Shown piece by piece: positions 38,301 through 47,735 of a stretch of DNA of 64,000 nt. A program made the translations under genes and the position numbers. Origin of the DNA: an uncultured Eubacteriales bacterium (GTDB lineage Bacteria; Acidobacteriota; Aminicenantia; Aminicenantales; Aminicenantaceae); the NCBI GenBank assembly GCA_964505785.1, contig CAZDJZ010000001.1:259996-323995 (forward strand), read 5' to 3'. The notes beneath the pieces are model-generated. The model saw only the letters and a program-made list of their open reading frames with translations. It was not told where the DNA came from and searched no databases. The stretch's first letter is position 1, and each line of letters begins with the position of its first letter.

Positions 38301-39233
38301 TTATTTTCCAGTCAGATCCAGGCTGCCGATAAGGGATTGCAGCGGGACTCTTTTCTTACGGCAGTAATGCTGGAGGTCCTGAATGATGTTGATGGTGGTA
38401 CGGGGATCCACAAAATTGGCGGTTCCCACCTGAACGGCCGAGGCTCCGGTTATCATGAATTCCAGGACATCGGCGGCATTTGAAATTCCGCCGATTCCGA
38501 TAACCGGAATTTGAACGCTTCGGGCAGCCTGATAGACCATTCTGAGGGCTATGGGTTTTATAGCCGGACCGCTTAATCCGCCCATAATATTTGCCAGCCG
38601 GGGACGCCCTGATTCAGGATCAACCGCCATCGCCAGCAGTGTGTTGATCAAGGATAGGGCATCCGAACCTGCTTCGGCGGCGCTTACGGCGATTTCTTCA
38701 ATCCGGGTGACATTGGGAGAAAGCTTAGTGATAACCGGACGGCTGGAAATATTTTTGACGTTTTTGACAATTTTGAAAGTGGAATCCGGACTTAAGGCTG
38801 GACAACTTCCGCCTTTGCGGACATTAGGACAGGAAATATTGAGTTCATAAGCGGCTATGCCGTCATACTTATTGAGATAATCGGCAATCTCTGCATATTC
38901 ATCTTCATGCTCTCCGCAAATATTGATGATCACAGCGGTGTCATAGGATTTCAATTTCGGCAGAATGTCCCGGCAGAATTTTTTTACTCCGATGCCCTGC
39001 AAACCAATGGAATTGATCAACCCTCCTGCGGTTTCCACAAGTCTCGGCGGGGGATTGCCTTCCCGCGGCGACATATACAATCCCTTGACCACAAACCCGC
39101 CCAATTGATTGAGATCGACGTAGGGAGAAAACTCAAGGCCGTAACCAAAGGTTCCGCTGGCGCCGATGACAGGATTTTTGAACTTCAGAAATCCTAAATC
39201 GACGGTTAATCCGGTGTTCACTTTCGGCTCCAA
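38301..39233 (-). CDS. pyrD: Dihydroorotate dehydrogenase, class 1B catalytic subunit
   Basis: NPVIGASGTFGYG, ELNISCPNV and GGISNAADVLEF. Confidence 0.92.
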   Translation of the reverse strand: MEPKVNTGLTVDLGFLKFKNPVIGASGTFGYGLEFSPYVDLNQLGGFVVKGLYMSPREGNPPPRLVETAGGLINSIGLQGIGVKKFCRDILPKLKSYDTAVIINICGEHEDEYAEIADYLNKYDGIAAYELNISCPNVRKGGSCPALSPDSTFKIVKNVKNISSRPVITKLSPNVTRIEEIAVSAAEAGSDALSLINTLLAMAVDPESGRPRLANIMGGLSGPAIKPIALRMVYQAARSVQIPVIGIGGISNAADVLEFMITGASAVQVGTANFVDPRTTINIIQDLQHYCRKKRVPLQSLIGSLDLTGK

Positions 39234-40006
39234 ATCAAGTCATCTGCATGCACCACCGGTCCATTCTGACAGATTTTATGCCACCCTTCTTGTCCGTTTT
39301 TTTTCATGCGCTTGACACAGCCCCAGCAGGCCCCGAACCCGCATCCCATCAGAGATTCAAGAGAAAGCTGTGCCGGGACCTGAAAACGGAATGATATGCG
39401 GGCTACGGCTTCCAGCATAGCCTCGGGGCCGCATGCATATATTTCCTGCGGCTTTTCCTGTTCTTTATCCAGATGATATTCCAGCAGGGATGTAACAAGG
39501 CCGGGAAATCCAAAGCTGCTGTCTTCTGTCGTGCAGAATAAAGATGTGTTTTTTAATTCATCTTTAAGGGGAAGTTCAGCCATCGTCCGTGCTCCGTAAT
39601 ATATGTGATAAGGAAGTCCGCGGGATTGCAAATTGCGGGCGAGAAAAACCAGCGGAGCGATCCCCCTCCCTCCCCCAACCAACATAGATTTGCCGGATGA
39701 ATCATGGGGAATCGAGAACCCGTTTCCCAACGGGCCCAATATATCCAGACGATCGCCTTTTTGTTTTTGACTGAGCAGCCTGGTCCCCGTTCCGGTGACC
39801 TGGAAGAATACAGCAATGCGTTCGTTTTCTTTGTCGTGGACGCATAGCGGCCGGCGCAGCAAGGGGTGAGGCTGGTCTGAAACCCGAACCATCAGAAATT
39901 GACCAGGGGCCGCTCTGGCCGCGATGTCAGGGGATTTTATTCGAAAACGGATAAAATCATGCCATTCCGATTTTTCCACTATTTTTGCGTTAGGGTCTAC
40001 AATCAT
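39218..40006 (-). CDS. pyrK: Dihydroorotate dehydrogenase electron transfer subunit
   Basis: Start chosen at ATG 40006 (MIVDPNAKIVE). FAD/NAD-binding fold (GQFLMVRV, GGGRGIAP) and a C-terminal 2Fe-2S motif CGFGACWGC. Confidence 0.85.
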   Translation of the reverse strand: MIVDPNAKIVEKSEWHDFIRFRIKSPDIAARAAPGQFLMVRVSDQPHPLLRRPLCVHDKENERIAVFFQVTGTGTRLLSQKQKGDRLDILGPLGNGFSIPHDSSGKSMLVGGGRGIAPLVFLARNLQSRGLPYHIYYGARTMAELPLKDELKNTSLFCTTEDSSFGFPGLVTSLLEYHLDKEQEKPQEIYACGPEAMLEAVARISFRFQVPAQLSLESLMGCGFGACWGCVKRMKKNGQEGWHKICQNGPVVHADDLIWSRK

Positions 40007-40079
40007 GCTGTTTTCATAGCCGCCGAGATAAAAAATATCAGAAACCCAAGAGCAGTGCAATAAAAATTAATCATCTATC

Positions 40080-40243
40080 TAGCCTGGATTATTCAGGTCA
40101 GTAGAATTGAAGAGTAAAGAGTGAAGAGAGAGGGAAGCAAAGCGACGAAGGATTTCATTCTGCTTCGTATCAGCAGGACGAATCAGGGAAGTAAACATGA
40201 TGCAGCGGCAATTCCTTCGCTCCACTCTGAATGATCCTGGCGG
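40080..40243. repeat. 164-bp MITE-like element bounded by imperfect 17-nt inverted repeats built on the TAGCCTGGATTATT word
   Basis: Left end TAGCCTGGATTATTCAG, right end CTGAATGATCCTGGCGG (13/17 complementary). The interior has a purine-rich word and an ACGAAG/CTTCGT hairpin. No ORF. Confidence 0.6.
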
Positions 40244-40530
40244 ATCGGTTTTTATGAATCAAACATGAGCATAGCACAACCGGTACGCTGAAAATGAATT
40301 AACATGTCGTCCTCAGGCAGCGGCAGCGGCCGTGGGGATCTTAGAGTGATTCGCCGAAGAAATCGGTTTCGCTTCTTCGGGCGATGCAGTGCATAACCCT
40401 TACGGGCGGCTTTGCCGCCCTCAGGATGACATTGAATTAATGTAAGGTCGTCATTTTGCGGTTTGACATGGGGGGAGGATTCTGAAATAATCAAAATCTT
40501 CATAAGAGAATGATCGGGAGGGAATCATAA

Positions 40531-41748
40531 ATGAATATTTCCAGAAGGGCCAAGGAAATCCAGGAATCCCCCATTCGCAAGCTTAAACCTTATGCCGATA
40601 AGGCCATTGCGGAGGGAGTTAAAGTTTACTTTATCAACATCGGCCAGCCCGATGTGGAAACGCCTCAGCCGGTATGGGATGCTTTTCGGTCGTTTGATGA
40701 AAAAGTCCTCAGCTATGGTCCGGCACAGGGTATCCCGGAGTTGCGTCAGGCAATCGCGGATTATTTTATAAGCTACGATATTCCGCTGAACATGGATAAT
40801 GTCATCATCACTATCGGAGGATCCGAGGCGATCCATTTCGCCTTTAATGTTGTCGCTGACATTCAGGAGAATATTCTTATTCCTGAGCCTTTTTATACAA
40901 ATTACAATGGATTTGCCAGCTTTGCCGATGTGAGTATTGTTCCTCTGACTTTGAATGTTAAAAATGGATTCCGCCTTCCCCCGGCAGAAGAAATCGAGGC
41001 CCGGATCAATGCAAAGACACGGGCGGTTTTGCTTTGTTCCCCCAATAATCCAACCGGGACAGTCTATACTGCGGAAGAAATTGAGCGGGTTATCTATTTA
41101 GTAAAAAAGCACAGCCTTTTTCTCATTGCGGATGAAGTATATAAGGAATTCATTTATGACGGAGAAAGGCATGTCAGTATACTGGAATATGAAGATATAA
41201 AAGACCGGGCAATTGTAGTAGACAGTATTTCCAAGCGGTTCAGCAGCTGCGGAGCCCGTATCGGGGCGCTGATTACCCGGAATCCGGAGGTTTTCCAAGC
41301 CGTGGTGAAGTTTGCGCAGGCCCGGTTATGTCCGCCTACCCTTGAGCAAAAAGCAGCCGTTGCGGCTTACCGGATGGGAAGGGACTATTTTAATCCGGTC
41401 AAACGCGAATATCAAAAGCGGCGGGACATCCTGTTTGAAGGAATGCAGAATATCCCCGGGGTGGTAATGCATAAGCCGAGTGGTGCCTTTTATATTATCG
41501 CCCAACTCCCAATCGAGGACAGCGAGCATTTTGTCCGATGGATGCTGACTGATTTCCGTTATGAAAATGAGACAGTGATGGTGGCTCCGGCACAAGGATT
41601 TTATTCCTCTCCGGGAAAAGGGAACAATGAGGTCAGGATGGCTTATGTCTTGAAGGAAGACGATTTAAAGAAAGCAATCAGGGTTTTAAAAGAGGGGTTG
41701 AAAGAATATCAAAAACGTTTTACCTCCCGCCTCCAACGCCGGGCTTGA
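40531..41748 (+). CDS. Class I/II pyridoxal-phosphate-dependent aminotransferase (AspAT-like)
   Basis: NIGQPD, NPTG and SISKRFSSCGARIG (PLP lysine). Confidence 0.85.
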   Translation: MNISRRAKEIQESPIRKLKPYADKAIAEGVKVYFINIGQPDVETPQPVWDAFRSFDEKVLSYGPAQGIPELRQAIADYFISYDIPLNMDNVIITIGGSEAIHFAFNVVADIQENILIPEPFYTNYNGFASFADVSIVPLTLNVKNGFRLPPAEEIEARINAKTRAVLLCSPNNPTGTVYTAEEIERVIYLVKKHSLFLIADEVYKEFIYDGERHVSILEYEDIKDRAIVVDSISKRFSSCGARIGALITRNPEVFQAVVKFAQARLCPPTLEQKAAVAAYRMGRDYFNPVKREYQKRRDILFEGMQNIPGVVMHKPSGAFYIIAQLPIEDSEHFVRWMLTDFRYENETVMVAPAQGFYSSPGKGNNEVRMAYVLKEDDLKKAIRVLKEGLKEYQKRFTSRLQRRA

Positions 41749-42009
41749 ACCTAAGCTGAATACAGGTTAACACCGGCGCCTTTGTATGGACTTGAATTTT
41801 TTTCTGATAAAGGTTATATTTTTACTATTCTGCCCGGAAAAGGTCTATATTTGTCCGGGTTAGTCATAACGCCTGTGCTTTTGATATCATAAAAGCATGG
41901 GTATGCTAATTCCCAAACGGAAAATTTTGCAAAGAAAAGAATCTGTGCGAGCCTTAGACATGTGTACCCGGCAGCGCCGGATGATTTTCTAATAGCGAGG
42001 AGAAAAAAA

Positions 42010-44721
42010 ATGGGTCAAAAATATGTTTATTTTTTTGAGCAGGATGAAGCTGAAGGTCATAAGGGAATGAAAGACCTCTTGGGCGGCAAAGGGGCGAATC
42101 TTGCCGAAATGGGGGGAATAGGAATCCCGGTTCCTCCTGGTTTTACTGTATCCACTGAGGTATGCAACCTTTTTTTAGAATCCGGGAAAACCTTGCCGGA
42201 TAATGTTCGTGAAGATATCATGAGCAATTTGAAAAGGCTGGAAGAAACGGCCGGTCAAAAATTCGGGGATGAATCCAATCCTCTGTTGGTCTCCGTTCGT
42301 TCAGGAGCCAAATTCTCTATGCCGGGAATGATGGATACGATCTTGAATCTAGGCTTAACGGATAAAACCCTGGAAGGCTTAGCCGAAAAAAGCGGTGACC
42401 GGCGTTTTGCATTGGATTGCTACCGCCGTTTGATCCAGATGTTCGGGGATGTGGTTCTGCAGATTCCTCATAAAAAATTTGATGTTATCCTTAAAGCCAA
42501 GAAGCAGGAGCATAATATCACCCATGATTTTCAGATCCCGGAAGATGTTCTGGAAAGCATTGTCTCTGAGTATAAAGACATGGTTAAAAGTGAAACCGGA
42601 GAGCCGTTTCCCCAGGATGTCACGGATCAATTGTTCAAAGCGATTTCCGCTGTTTTCAGTTCCTGGGACAACCCCCGCGCCATCCATTACCGCAGATTGA
42701 ACCATATCCCGGATGATTTGGGGACGGCGGTGAATGTCCAATTGATGGTTTTTGGAAATTTTGGAGAAACTTCCGGAACCGGGGTTGGATTCACGCGGAA
42801 TCCCGCTACCGGGGAAAAAGAACTGTATGGGGAATATTTAATCAATGCTCAGGGAGAAGACGTGGTTGCCGGAATTCGGACTCCTTCCCCCATTCAGGAG
42901 TTAAAGGACCAGATGCCGGATGTTTTTCAACAGTTAAATGATATCGCTACGAGTTTGGAAAAGCATTACCATGATGTGCAGGATTTTGAATTCACCATTC
43001 AGGAAAAGAAATTGTACATGCTTCAGACCCGTAACGGGAAGAGGACCGGATTGGCGGCTGTGCGGATTGCTGTGGATATGGTGGAAGAAGGCATTGCCGG
43101 CAAGGAAGAAGCTCTCCAGCAGGTTGAACCGGGAGCCCTGGATCAATTGCTGCATCCGGTTTTTGATTTGGAAGAAAAAGAAAAACATGATGTTTTAGCC
43201 AAAGGTTTGTCCGCTTCACCCGGCGCTGCTTCCGGTTTGGTGGTTTTTTCTGCTGATGATGCTGTTGAATGGAAGGATAAAGGAAAAAAAGTCATTTTAG
43301 TCCGGGATGAAACCTCTCCGGATGATATCCACGGCATGAGCGCCTCTCAGGGGATATTGACTGCGACCGGCGGCATGACATCGCATGCGGCTATTGTCGG
43401 CCGGCAAATGGGCAAACCGGCGGTGGTCGGCTGCAGTGACATTGGAATAAATGAAGAAGGCAAGTTCTTTAAAGTCGAAGACAAAATGGTCCGGGAAGGA
43501 GATTCCATTTCTATCGATGGAGCCACCGGCGAAGTGCTGCAGGGGGAATTGATCACTCAACCTTCTGAGGTCATCCAAGTTATCCGGGGAGAGTTGAAGG
43601 CGGAAGATTCTCAAATCTATCAGGTTTTTTCCAAACTGCTTTCCTGGGCGGATGATGTAAGGCGCCTGAATGTGCGTGCCAATGCAGATACTCCGGAAGA
43701 CGCAAATATGGCTTTTGCCTTTGGTGCCGAAGGGATCGGATTAGCACGTACCGAACACATGTTTTTTGAACGTGACCGTTTACCCATTATCAAGGAAATG
43801 ATCCTGTCTGAAACAGAAGAAGAACGCCGTCGCCATTTGAATAAGCTGCTGCCGTTTCAAAGAAAAGATTTCTATGATCTGTTCAAAGCCATGAAGGGAC
43901 ATCCGGTCACAATCAGAACCCTGGATCCCCCCCTGCATGAGTTTTTGCCCAAAAAGGAAGATCTGATGGTGCAGTTGGCTGAATTGAAAGCTTCGGGCGA
44001 AAAGGATTCTCCGAAAACAAAAGAGTTGGAAAAACTCTTAGAGCGGGTTTTGTCTCTGTCCGAATTCAATCCTATGCTCGGACACCGGGGATGCCGGCTG
44101 GGAGTGACATTTCCCGAGATTATTGAAATGCAGGCAACCGCCATTTTCGAAGCAGCCTGCCAGCTCGTCGAAGAAGGCGGGACGGTTTTTCCTGAAATAA
44201 TGGTGCCCTTAATCGGAACAGTTAATGAATTGGCTGATCAGAAAAAAATCATCGTGGAAGCAGCGGAAAAATTGATTGAAAGTCACGGAGTCAACCTGGA
44301 TTATACCGTAGGAACCATGATTGAAATTCCGCGGGCTGCCATTACTGCTGATGAAGTAGCAAAGGAAGCGGATTTTTTCTCATTCGGGACCAATGACCTT
44401 ACTCAAACAACCTTTGGAATTTCCAGGGATGACGGAGCCGCTTTTATCAACCATTATATGAATAATGGAATCTGGAAAGATAATCCCTTTATGACTGTGG
44501 ATATAGAAGGGGTCGGTGAACTGATGAAGTGGGCGGTGACCAAAGGCCGAGAGACGAAACCGGAATTGAAAGTGGGCATATGCGGAGTGCACGGCGGAGA
44601 TCCCAGGTCAATTGTTTTCTGTGATGATATAGAGCTGAACTATGTGAGCTGTTCCGCCTACCAGGTTCCTATTGCCAGGCTTGCAGCCGCTCAAGCGACA
44701 CTGGCAAAGAATAAATCTTAG
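42010..44721 (+). CDS. ppdK: Pyruvate, phosphate dikinase
   Basis: Start at ATG 42010 after GAGGAG. GGKGANLAEM, phospho-His loop GGMTSHAAIVGR and a C-terminal PEP-utilising TIM barrel (GTNDLTQ). Confidence 0.95.
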   Translation: MGQKYVYFFEQDEAEGHKGMKDLLGGKGANLAEMGGIGIPVPPGFTVSTEVCNLFLESGKTLPDNVREDIMSNLKRLEETAGQKFGDESNPLLVSVRSGAKFSMPGMMDTILNLGLTDKTLEGLAEKSGDRRFALDCYRRLIQMFGDVVLQIPHKKFDVILKAKKQEHNITHDFQIPEDVLESIVSEYKDMVKSETGEPFPQDVTDQLFKAISAVFSSWDNPRAIHYRRLNHIPDDLGTAVNVQLMVFGNFGETSGTGVGFTRNPATGEKELYGEYLINAQGEDVVAGIRTPSPIQELKDQMPDVFQQLNDIATSLEKHYHDVQDFEFTIQEKKLYMLQTRNGKRTGLAAVRIAVDMVEEGIAGKEEALQQVEPGALDQLLHPVFDLEEKEKHDVLAKGLSASPGAASGLVVFSADDAVEWKDKGKKVILVRDETSPDDIHGMSASQGILTATGGMTSHAAIVGRQMGKPAVVGCSDIGINEEGKFFKVEDKMVREGDSISIDGATGEVLQGELITQPSEVIQVIRGELKAEDSQIYQVFSKLLSWADDVRRLNVRANADTPEDANMAFAFGAEGIGLARTEHMFFERDRLPIIKEMILSETEEERRRHLNKLLPFQRKDFYDLFKAMKGHPVTIRTLDPPLHEFLPKKEDLMVQLAELKASGEKDSPKTKELEKLLERVLSLSEFNPMLGHRGCRLGVTFPEIIEMQATAIFEAACQLVEEGGTVFPEIMVPLIGTVNELADQKKIIVEAAEKLIESHGVNLDYTVGTMIEIPRAAITADEVAKEADFFSFGTNDLTQTTFGISRDDGAAFINHYMNNGIWKDNPFMTVDIEGVGELMKWAVTKGRETKPELKVGICGVHGGDPRSIVFCDDIELNYVSCSAYQVPIARLAAAQATLAKNKS

Positions 44722-44740
44722 CAACTGGATTGAATTTGAC

Positions 44741-44773
44741 AGCCCCCCTGTTTTACGGGGGGGCTTTTTTTTT
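44741..44773 (+). terminator. Rho-independent terminator of ppdK
   Basis: AGCCCCCC / GGGGGGCT stem followed by a T9 run. Confidence 0.85.
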
Positions 44774-44970
44774 GGGGGATTGTATGCCCCCGTTTTTTCT
44801 GATATGTATAAACCTGACCCGCTGGTTCGAAAATGAGCCCAAAAGATTATCCTGAGAAGCAATGCCGGAATCGGAGCGGATGTCTTTGCTGGAAACAAAG
44901 GCGAGGTGAGAGCCGGGCTCTTATCCATCGGTATTAGGAATTGTTTTCATGCGCACAGGACTGAAAATAA

Positions 44971-45987
44971 ATGGGTGATTGGAATTTGAGCAGTAAAGTC
45001 AAAGACATGATAAACAGCCGCCGTTTTCCCTTTAAATTTGTATATAGTGATGACTACTGGATGCTGGATTTGGGAAAACATGTTTTTCCTATTAAGAAAT
45101 ACCGGTTGATTTATGAAAAGCTGCTGCAAATGGGAGCCACGCGGGATCACTTCCTGAAGCCTCAGCCTGCATCATATAGAAGTCTCAGGTTGGCGCATAC
45201 GCAGAAATATATAAATAAACTGCAGTCCGGCAAGCTTTCTCAAGCCGAACTAAGGACGTTGGAATTACCTTTTTCCAGGGAAGGATTGTCTTTCGCGCTC
45301 CTGACTGTAGGCGGGACCATTCAGGCATCCCAAAATGCCCTGGAAGAAAAGAGTCTTTGTATTCATATTGGCGGCGGGTTTCATCATGCATATTCTGATC
45401 ATGGAGAAGGATTTTGTGTTCTGAATGATGTGGCGGCAGCTCTGGTGAAAATGAAAACGGATAATCATGTGAAAAGAGCGATGGTGGTGGATTGCGATGT
45501 CCATCAGGGAAATGGAACGGCGGCGATTTTATCGGATAAGGAGTATGCCTTTACTTTTTCCATCCATCAAATGGATATTTACCCTGCGGATAAGCCGGCC
45601 AGCACATTGGATGTGGGATTATGGTCCGGCGATGGAGACAAGGAATATATGGAACAGCTGGAAAAGCATATCCCCAGGATTTATGATGAATTTCAGCCTG
45701 ACCTGATTTATTATCTGGCTGGAGCCGACCCCTATATAAAGGACCAGTTGGGAGGATTGGAGCTGACTAAGGCCGGCTTAAAGAAGCGGGACCAGCTGGT
45801 TATTGAAAATGCCCGGAGCCGGAATATTCCCATGGTGATTGTTTTTGCTGGAGGATATGCCTTTGATATTGAAGAAGTGGCTGACATTCATATCAGTACG
45901 ATATTATCCGCCCGAAAAACCGAACGGAAACTCCGGCTTTATCAACGTGTCCCGAATTTGTTATCAAGCAAGAAAACGGAGCCTTAG
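44971..45987 (+). CDS. Histone deacetylase family protein (AcuC/Aph-like)
   Basis: GGGFHHA, DCDVHQGNGT and GADPY. The start is uncertain; ATG 45007 is an alternative. Confidence 0.85.
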   Translation: MGDWNLSSKVKDMINSRRFPFKFVYSDDYWMLDLGKHVFPIKKYRLIYEKLLQMGATRDHFLKPQPASYRSLRLAHTQKYINKLQSGKLSQAELRTLELPFSREGLSFALLTVGGTIQASQNALEEKSLCIHIGGGFHHAYSDHGEGFCVLNDVAAALVKMKTDNHVKRAMVVDCDVHQGNGTAAILSDKEYAFTFSIHQMDIYPADKPASTLDVGLWSGDGDKEYMEQLEKHIPRIYDEFQPDLIYYLAGADPYIKDQLGGLELTKAGLKKRDQLVIENARSRNIPMVIVFAGGYAFDIEEVADIHISTILSARKTERKLRLYQRVPNLLSSKKTEP

Positions 45988-46034
45988 CGGCTGTGCTGTT
46001 TTCTGAGAAAGGATTAGTGTAAAGGGAGGTGAAA

Positions 46035-46355
46035 ATGACGGAATGCCTGATCATATTCTGCACTGTGCCGGATAAAGAAGCAGCAGACAAGATAGGAAAA
46101 TCCCTGCTGCAATCACGGTTGGCGGCCTGTGTCAGTTCCGCCTCAGAGATACAGTCACTTTACTGGTGGGATCAAAATATTGAATCGGATAAAGAACGGC
46201 TGCTTATCATCAAAACCCGCAAAGACTTGTATCCTGAACTTGAAAAAATGATTCAAAACCTCCATCCCTATGATGTTCCCGAAATACTGGCAATTCCGGT
46301 TGTGCGCGGCTCAGCCTCATATTTGGAGTGGATTGAATCTGAAACCCGGCATTAA
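46035..46355 (+). CDS. cutA: Divalent-cation tolerance protein CutA
   Basis: Start at ATG 46035 with GGGAGG 5 nt upstream. It has the CutA1 pattern (LAACV...Y.W.G, HPYDVPE). Confidence 0.88.
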   Translation: MTECLIIFCTVPDKEAADKIGKSLLQSRLAACVSSASEIQSLYWWDQNIESDKERLLIIKTRKDLYPELEKMIQNLHPYDVPEILAIPVVRGSASYLEWIESETRH

Positions 46356-46388
46356 GATAAACACCCGGTTTTTTGCAGGAAAGATCCC

Positions 46389-47642
46389 TTAGTCCTGAAG
46401 AAAAATATGAGCATACACTTTGGAGTCACCAATCATATTTTCAATAACGCAGTACTCATTAGGCAGGTGTGCGGTTTCGTGGACTTTTGACCAGCAGGCC
46501 GCCGCATAATGTGCATGCCTGAAGCGTGCGGCTACAGTTCCGCCGCCGATACCGGTTGGAACGGCTTTTTTCCCATAGACGGCCTTTACCGCTTGTTTGA
46601 GAGCCAGAACAACCGGAGCATTAGGGGAAGTTTGGGGTGGGGCCGGACTTTTTTCCAGCTCAATCAACTCAATTTTTACATCGAATTCCGACTCTACGGA
46701 AGCAGCGATTGACCGGATTTCTTTTCCGACTTTATCCAGGGAAATATCTGGAAGGACCCTGCAGTCCATATAAAAAATATCTTCGCCCGGGATAGTATTT
46801 ATATTGGGGACATTTGGTTCTTTGCGGGTGGGTTCAAAGGTTGAGATCGACGGGGAAAAGATGGGATTGGTTTGGTTGAATTCAGCATACAGCTTATCCA
46901 GCCGGGTGATCAAATAAGAAGCGGCTTTAAAGCTGTTCTTTCCTCTCTCCGGGGTTGAACCATGGGTTTGCATTCCCAGCGTTTTAAATTTGATCCAATA
47001 AATGCTTTTTTCTGCGATTTCGATCATCGTACCGTCTTTATTACCGGCATCGGGAACAATGATCAAATCCTGGGATTGAAAAGGATTGGAATTTTCTAAT
47101 ATATGGTCAATGCCTTTTTCATTTCCGGTTTCTTCGTCAGCAACCAGTACGATCCCAATAGCATGTTTAGGAGAAATTCCCAGGTCGTGAAATGCCTTGA
47201 CAGCAAACAAGGATGCCACCATATCTTGCTGATTATCTTCAACCCCGCGGCCGTAGATTCTGCCGCCTTCAACATAGGCTTTAAAAGGATTTCCTTTCCA
47301 AAGCGCTAATTCACCCGGAGGCACAACGTCCAAATGAGTCATAATCCATATGGTTTTAGATGAGTCCAAACCCGGGTAACGGGCGATGATGTTGGGCCGG
47401 TATCCGCTGGGAGCATCCAAATCACTGACCTCAATGACATCGATGTCCTTATATCCATTCCTTTCCAGAAATCTTTTTACCACTTCAGCTTTTTTGGCTT
47501 CTCCCTCGCCGCCGTATTCAGGTGAAATGGCGGGATAAGAACAAAGCTCAATCTGCATATCGATCATATCATTGCGATAGGTATCGATGCGCCGAAAGAC
47601 TTTTTCGAGATCTCTCATGATTTTATTTGTTGTCAACATCAT
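46389..47642 (-). CDS. M20 family metallopeptidase (ArgE/DapE-like)
   Basis: THLDVVPPG and VADEETG. The start is uncertain, at one of the tandem Met codons near 47642. Confidence 0.82.
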   Translation of the reverse strand: MMLTTNKIMRDLEKVFRRIDTYRNDMIDMQIELCSYPAISPEYGGEGEAKKAEVVKRFLERNGYKDIDVIEVSDLDAPSGYRPNIIARYPGLDSSKTIWIMTHLDVVPPGELALWKGNPFKAYVEGGRIYGRGVEDNQQDMVASLFAVKAFHDLGISPKHAIGIVLVADEETGNEKGIDHILENSNPFQSQDLIIVPDAGNKDGTMIEIAEKSIYWIKFKTLGMQTHGSTPERGKNSFKAASYLITRLDKLYAEFNQTNPIFSPSISTFEPTRKEPNVPNINTIPGEDIFYMDCRVLPDISLDKVGKEIRSIAASVESEFDVKIELIELEKSPAPPQTSPNAPVVLALKQAVKAVYGKKAVPTGIGGGTVAARFRHAHYAAACWSKVHETAHLPNEYCVIENMIGDSKVYAHIFLQD

Positions 47643-47735
47643 AACATCAGCATGACCGCAAAAGCAAGAACCTGTCAGGAACAATAGGATGACCGGCTTG
47701 ACTTTTCCCGGGATAGTGACTACATTTAGCCCAAA

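Noticed and set aside
40252-40503. 83-aa ORF, and similarly 11584..11781 (65 aa) and 36595..36786, in long intergenic regions
   Set aside because: The sequences are translations of the dispersed repeat modules, for example HPEGGKAARKGYALH from a GC hairpin and SFPERSGGNL from the CGAAGC hairpin. They have no RBS. Peptides of this kind are typical repeat artefacts.
40007-40530. PyrR-type attenuator or other known leader upstream of pyrK-pyrD-pyrF
   Set aside because: I could not find the PyrR binding-loop consensus (UCCAGAGAGG) on the minus strand. There is no pyrR in the window, and the region is dominated by dispersed repeats.
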